A DNA stretch of 51,217 nucleotides from an uncultured Candidatus Saccharibacteria bacterium. Its GTDB lineage: Bacteria; Patescibacteriota; Minisyncoccia; Phycocordibacterales; CAIZLB01. Numbering within the stretch: position 1 is the stretch's first letter; each line of letters starts with the position of its first letter. Made by a program: the position numbers and the translations under genes. The stretch spans positions 4,752 through 55,968 of the forward strand of contig CAZFOD010000001.1 of assembly GCA_964520545.1 (NCBI GenBank), in the 5' to 3' direction. This document shows, piece by piece, positions 50,291 through 51,217 of the stretch. The notes under the pieces are model-generated. The model did no database searches and was not told where the DNA came from. It was given only the letters and a program-made list of their open reading frames with translations.

Positions 50291-50338
50291 ATGACCTACA
50301 CCGTCAACAAGCGCGGCGAAGTTATCGTCCTGAAATAG
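50291..50338 (+). CDS. 15-aa micro-ORF MTYTVNKRGEVIVLK
   Basis: SD GAAAGGAG 5 nt upstream of ATG, after an A/C-rich unstructured tract. Confidence 0.45.
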   Translation: MTYTVNKRGEVIVLK

Positions 50339-50341
50339 GAC

Positions 50342-50486
50342 ACTCTGCGAAAGCAGAGTTTGGAAGTCTGTCATGATCCTTTGGCAAAGATCGTGAACGT
50401 CACAGGTAACATGTGAGCCAAGAGGAAGCAGAGCCTCCGAGTTAAAGCACTCAGACAAAAGCTTGGTGGGTACACAAGTATCCACC
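50342..50486 (+). ncRNA. multibranch structured RNA domain upstream of the ribozyme
   Basis: ACTCTGC-GAAA-GCAGAGT; GTCTG/CAGAC closing four hairpins; GGTGGGTAC-acaa-GTATCCACC. Confidence 0.5.
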
Positions 50487-50488
50487 TC

Positions 50489-50536
50489 CTGTCCACGAAT
50501 GTAATTCGTGCTGATGAGTCCAAAAGGACGAAACAG
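50489..50536 (+). ncRNA. type III hammerhead ribozyme
   Basis: CTGTC|CACGAA-tgtaa-TTCGTG-CTGATGA-GTCC-aaaa-GGAC-GAAA-CAG: full core, three stems, GUC cleavage triplet (cut after 50493). Confidence 0.92.
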
Positions 50537-50538
50537 AA

Positions 50539-50658
50539 ATCTTTACATGGTTCCCTTCACCTCATCCCGCGCTTCGTTTTTACGTCGCGGACATCAACCA
50601 CTCAAATAATATAGTGGTCCCCGCAGGCGCTGGGTGAGGTGAAGGGAATATGGAAGAT
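50539..50658 (+). ncRNA. rod-like structured RNA, Y-RNA candidate or anti-SD leader
   Basis: 17-bp stem 50551-50567/50632-50648 with nested GCGCTT/AGGCGC, GCGG/CCGC, ACCACT/AGTGGT; upstream of TROVE gene. Confidence 0.5.
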
Positions 50659-50699
50659 CTGATCTTTAAATACTTATCTCATAAATATCAAAAAGTTTC

Positions 50700-50767
50700 G
50701 GTTCGGTTTCGGCAGATAGATATTGCTTTAATTAATGAAGGCAATGTTTATCTGTCGAAATTGAATC
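50700..50767 (+). other. 30-bp uninterrupted RNA hairpin with 7 G.U pairs
   Basis: 50700-50729 pairs with 50738-50767, 8-nt loop. Confidence 0.8.
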
Positions 50768-50844
50768 CAATTCTTGGAGCTACCGCCATTGCGGAGTGTG
50801 GTGGGTCACTTCTGATCCATCCTTCAAACCTACAGAGAGAACCT

Positions 50845-51217
50845 ATGAAAAACCTTCAAACGATTCTTGCCGCAGGCCGCAGTGTTCGCGTTAGCAGCAG
50901 TCAGGTGACGAACCGCGCTGGGGCACCAGCGTTCCGCCGCTCCTTACAAGAGCAGGTGGTCCAGGTCCTCTCGACCGGCACGCTCAGTGACACTTTCTAC
51001 GCCACGCGAGAGGAACTCGCGAAGGAGGCGTTGCAAGTGCTCATCGAAGCGCGCGACACGATTCCGTCTTTCTTGGCGCGCGCCCTTGTGTGGGCACGCG
51101 AAGAAGGGCTGATGAAGTCGCTGCCGGTCTTGGGACTTGTCGTGTTGTCGTCCGCGGGGGCTCGCACACGCGAGCTCTTCGAGAACGCCTTTCCGCGCGT
51201 GGTGAAAACTCCTGATG
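50845..51217 (+). CDS. TROVE-domain (Ro60/Rsr-like) RNA-binding protein, 3'-truncated; missed by ORF track
   Basis: MKNLQ...TNRAGAPAF...LSTGTLSDTFYAT...PSFLARALVWAREEGLMKSLP...FPRVVKTPD matches the TROVE N-terminus pattern; alternative in-frame ATG at 50650. Confidence 0.8.
   Translation, partial: MKNLQTILAAGRSVRVSSSQVTNRAGAPAFRRSLQEQVVQVLSTGTLSDTFYATREELAKEALQVLIEARDTIPSFLARALVWAREEGLMKSLPVLGLVVLSSAGARTRELFENAFPRVVKTPD

Noticed and set aside
50400-50435. SRP RNA or RNase P RNA (CAGG...GGAAGCAG, GGAAGTC)
   Set aside because: Motif spacing and pairing do not form SRP helix 8 or the RNase P P4 pseudoknot
50087-50485. 132-aa - strand ORF in the track
   Set aside because: Antisense to the promoter-driven structured RNA, runs through the promoter, no recognisable motifs
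1-51217. CRISPR array, rRNA, IS transposase
   Set aside because: No regularly spaced repeats, rRNA signatures or transposase motifs seen

Overview
Chromosomal window around the replication origin of a small-genome bacterium, most likely Patescibacteria/CPR (Parcubacteria-like). This is inferred from gene style: a VirB4/PrgI/pilin cluster, an RNHCP protein, a TrmB regulator and no biosynthetic genes. It holds pilB-like ATPase, ruvB, ruvC, tyrS, a class A PBP, dnaN-oriC-dnaA, rpmH-rnpA-yidC, and a roughly 13 kb T4SS-like cluster with two pilin-hydrolase fusions sharing an identical 364-bp block. Further right are rsmA, pcrA, LysM-M23, dksA-like, NYN, rpsO, xer, xth, CCA enzyme, four tRNAs, HU, rny, clpP, rsmE and TrmB. 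The most unusual part is the right end (49.4-51.2 kb), which the ORF track does not explain. Two divergent near-consensus sigma70 promoters drive structured RNAs. The + strand transcript carries a 15-codon micro-ORF, a multibranch domain, a complete type III hammerhead ribozyme, a Y-RNA-like rod and a 30-bp G.U-rich helix, then a TROVE/Ro60 gene truncated by the window edge. The - strand transcript carries two SD-led 3-codon minigenes (MID*, MGD*). Two further unexplained structured intergenic RNAs lie at 2.7-2.95 kb and 39.9-40.3 kb. All calls are by eye; no searches were run.
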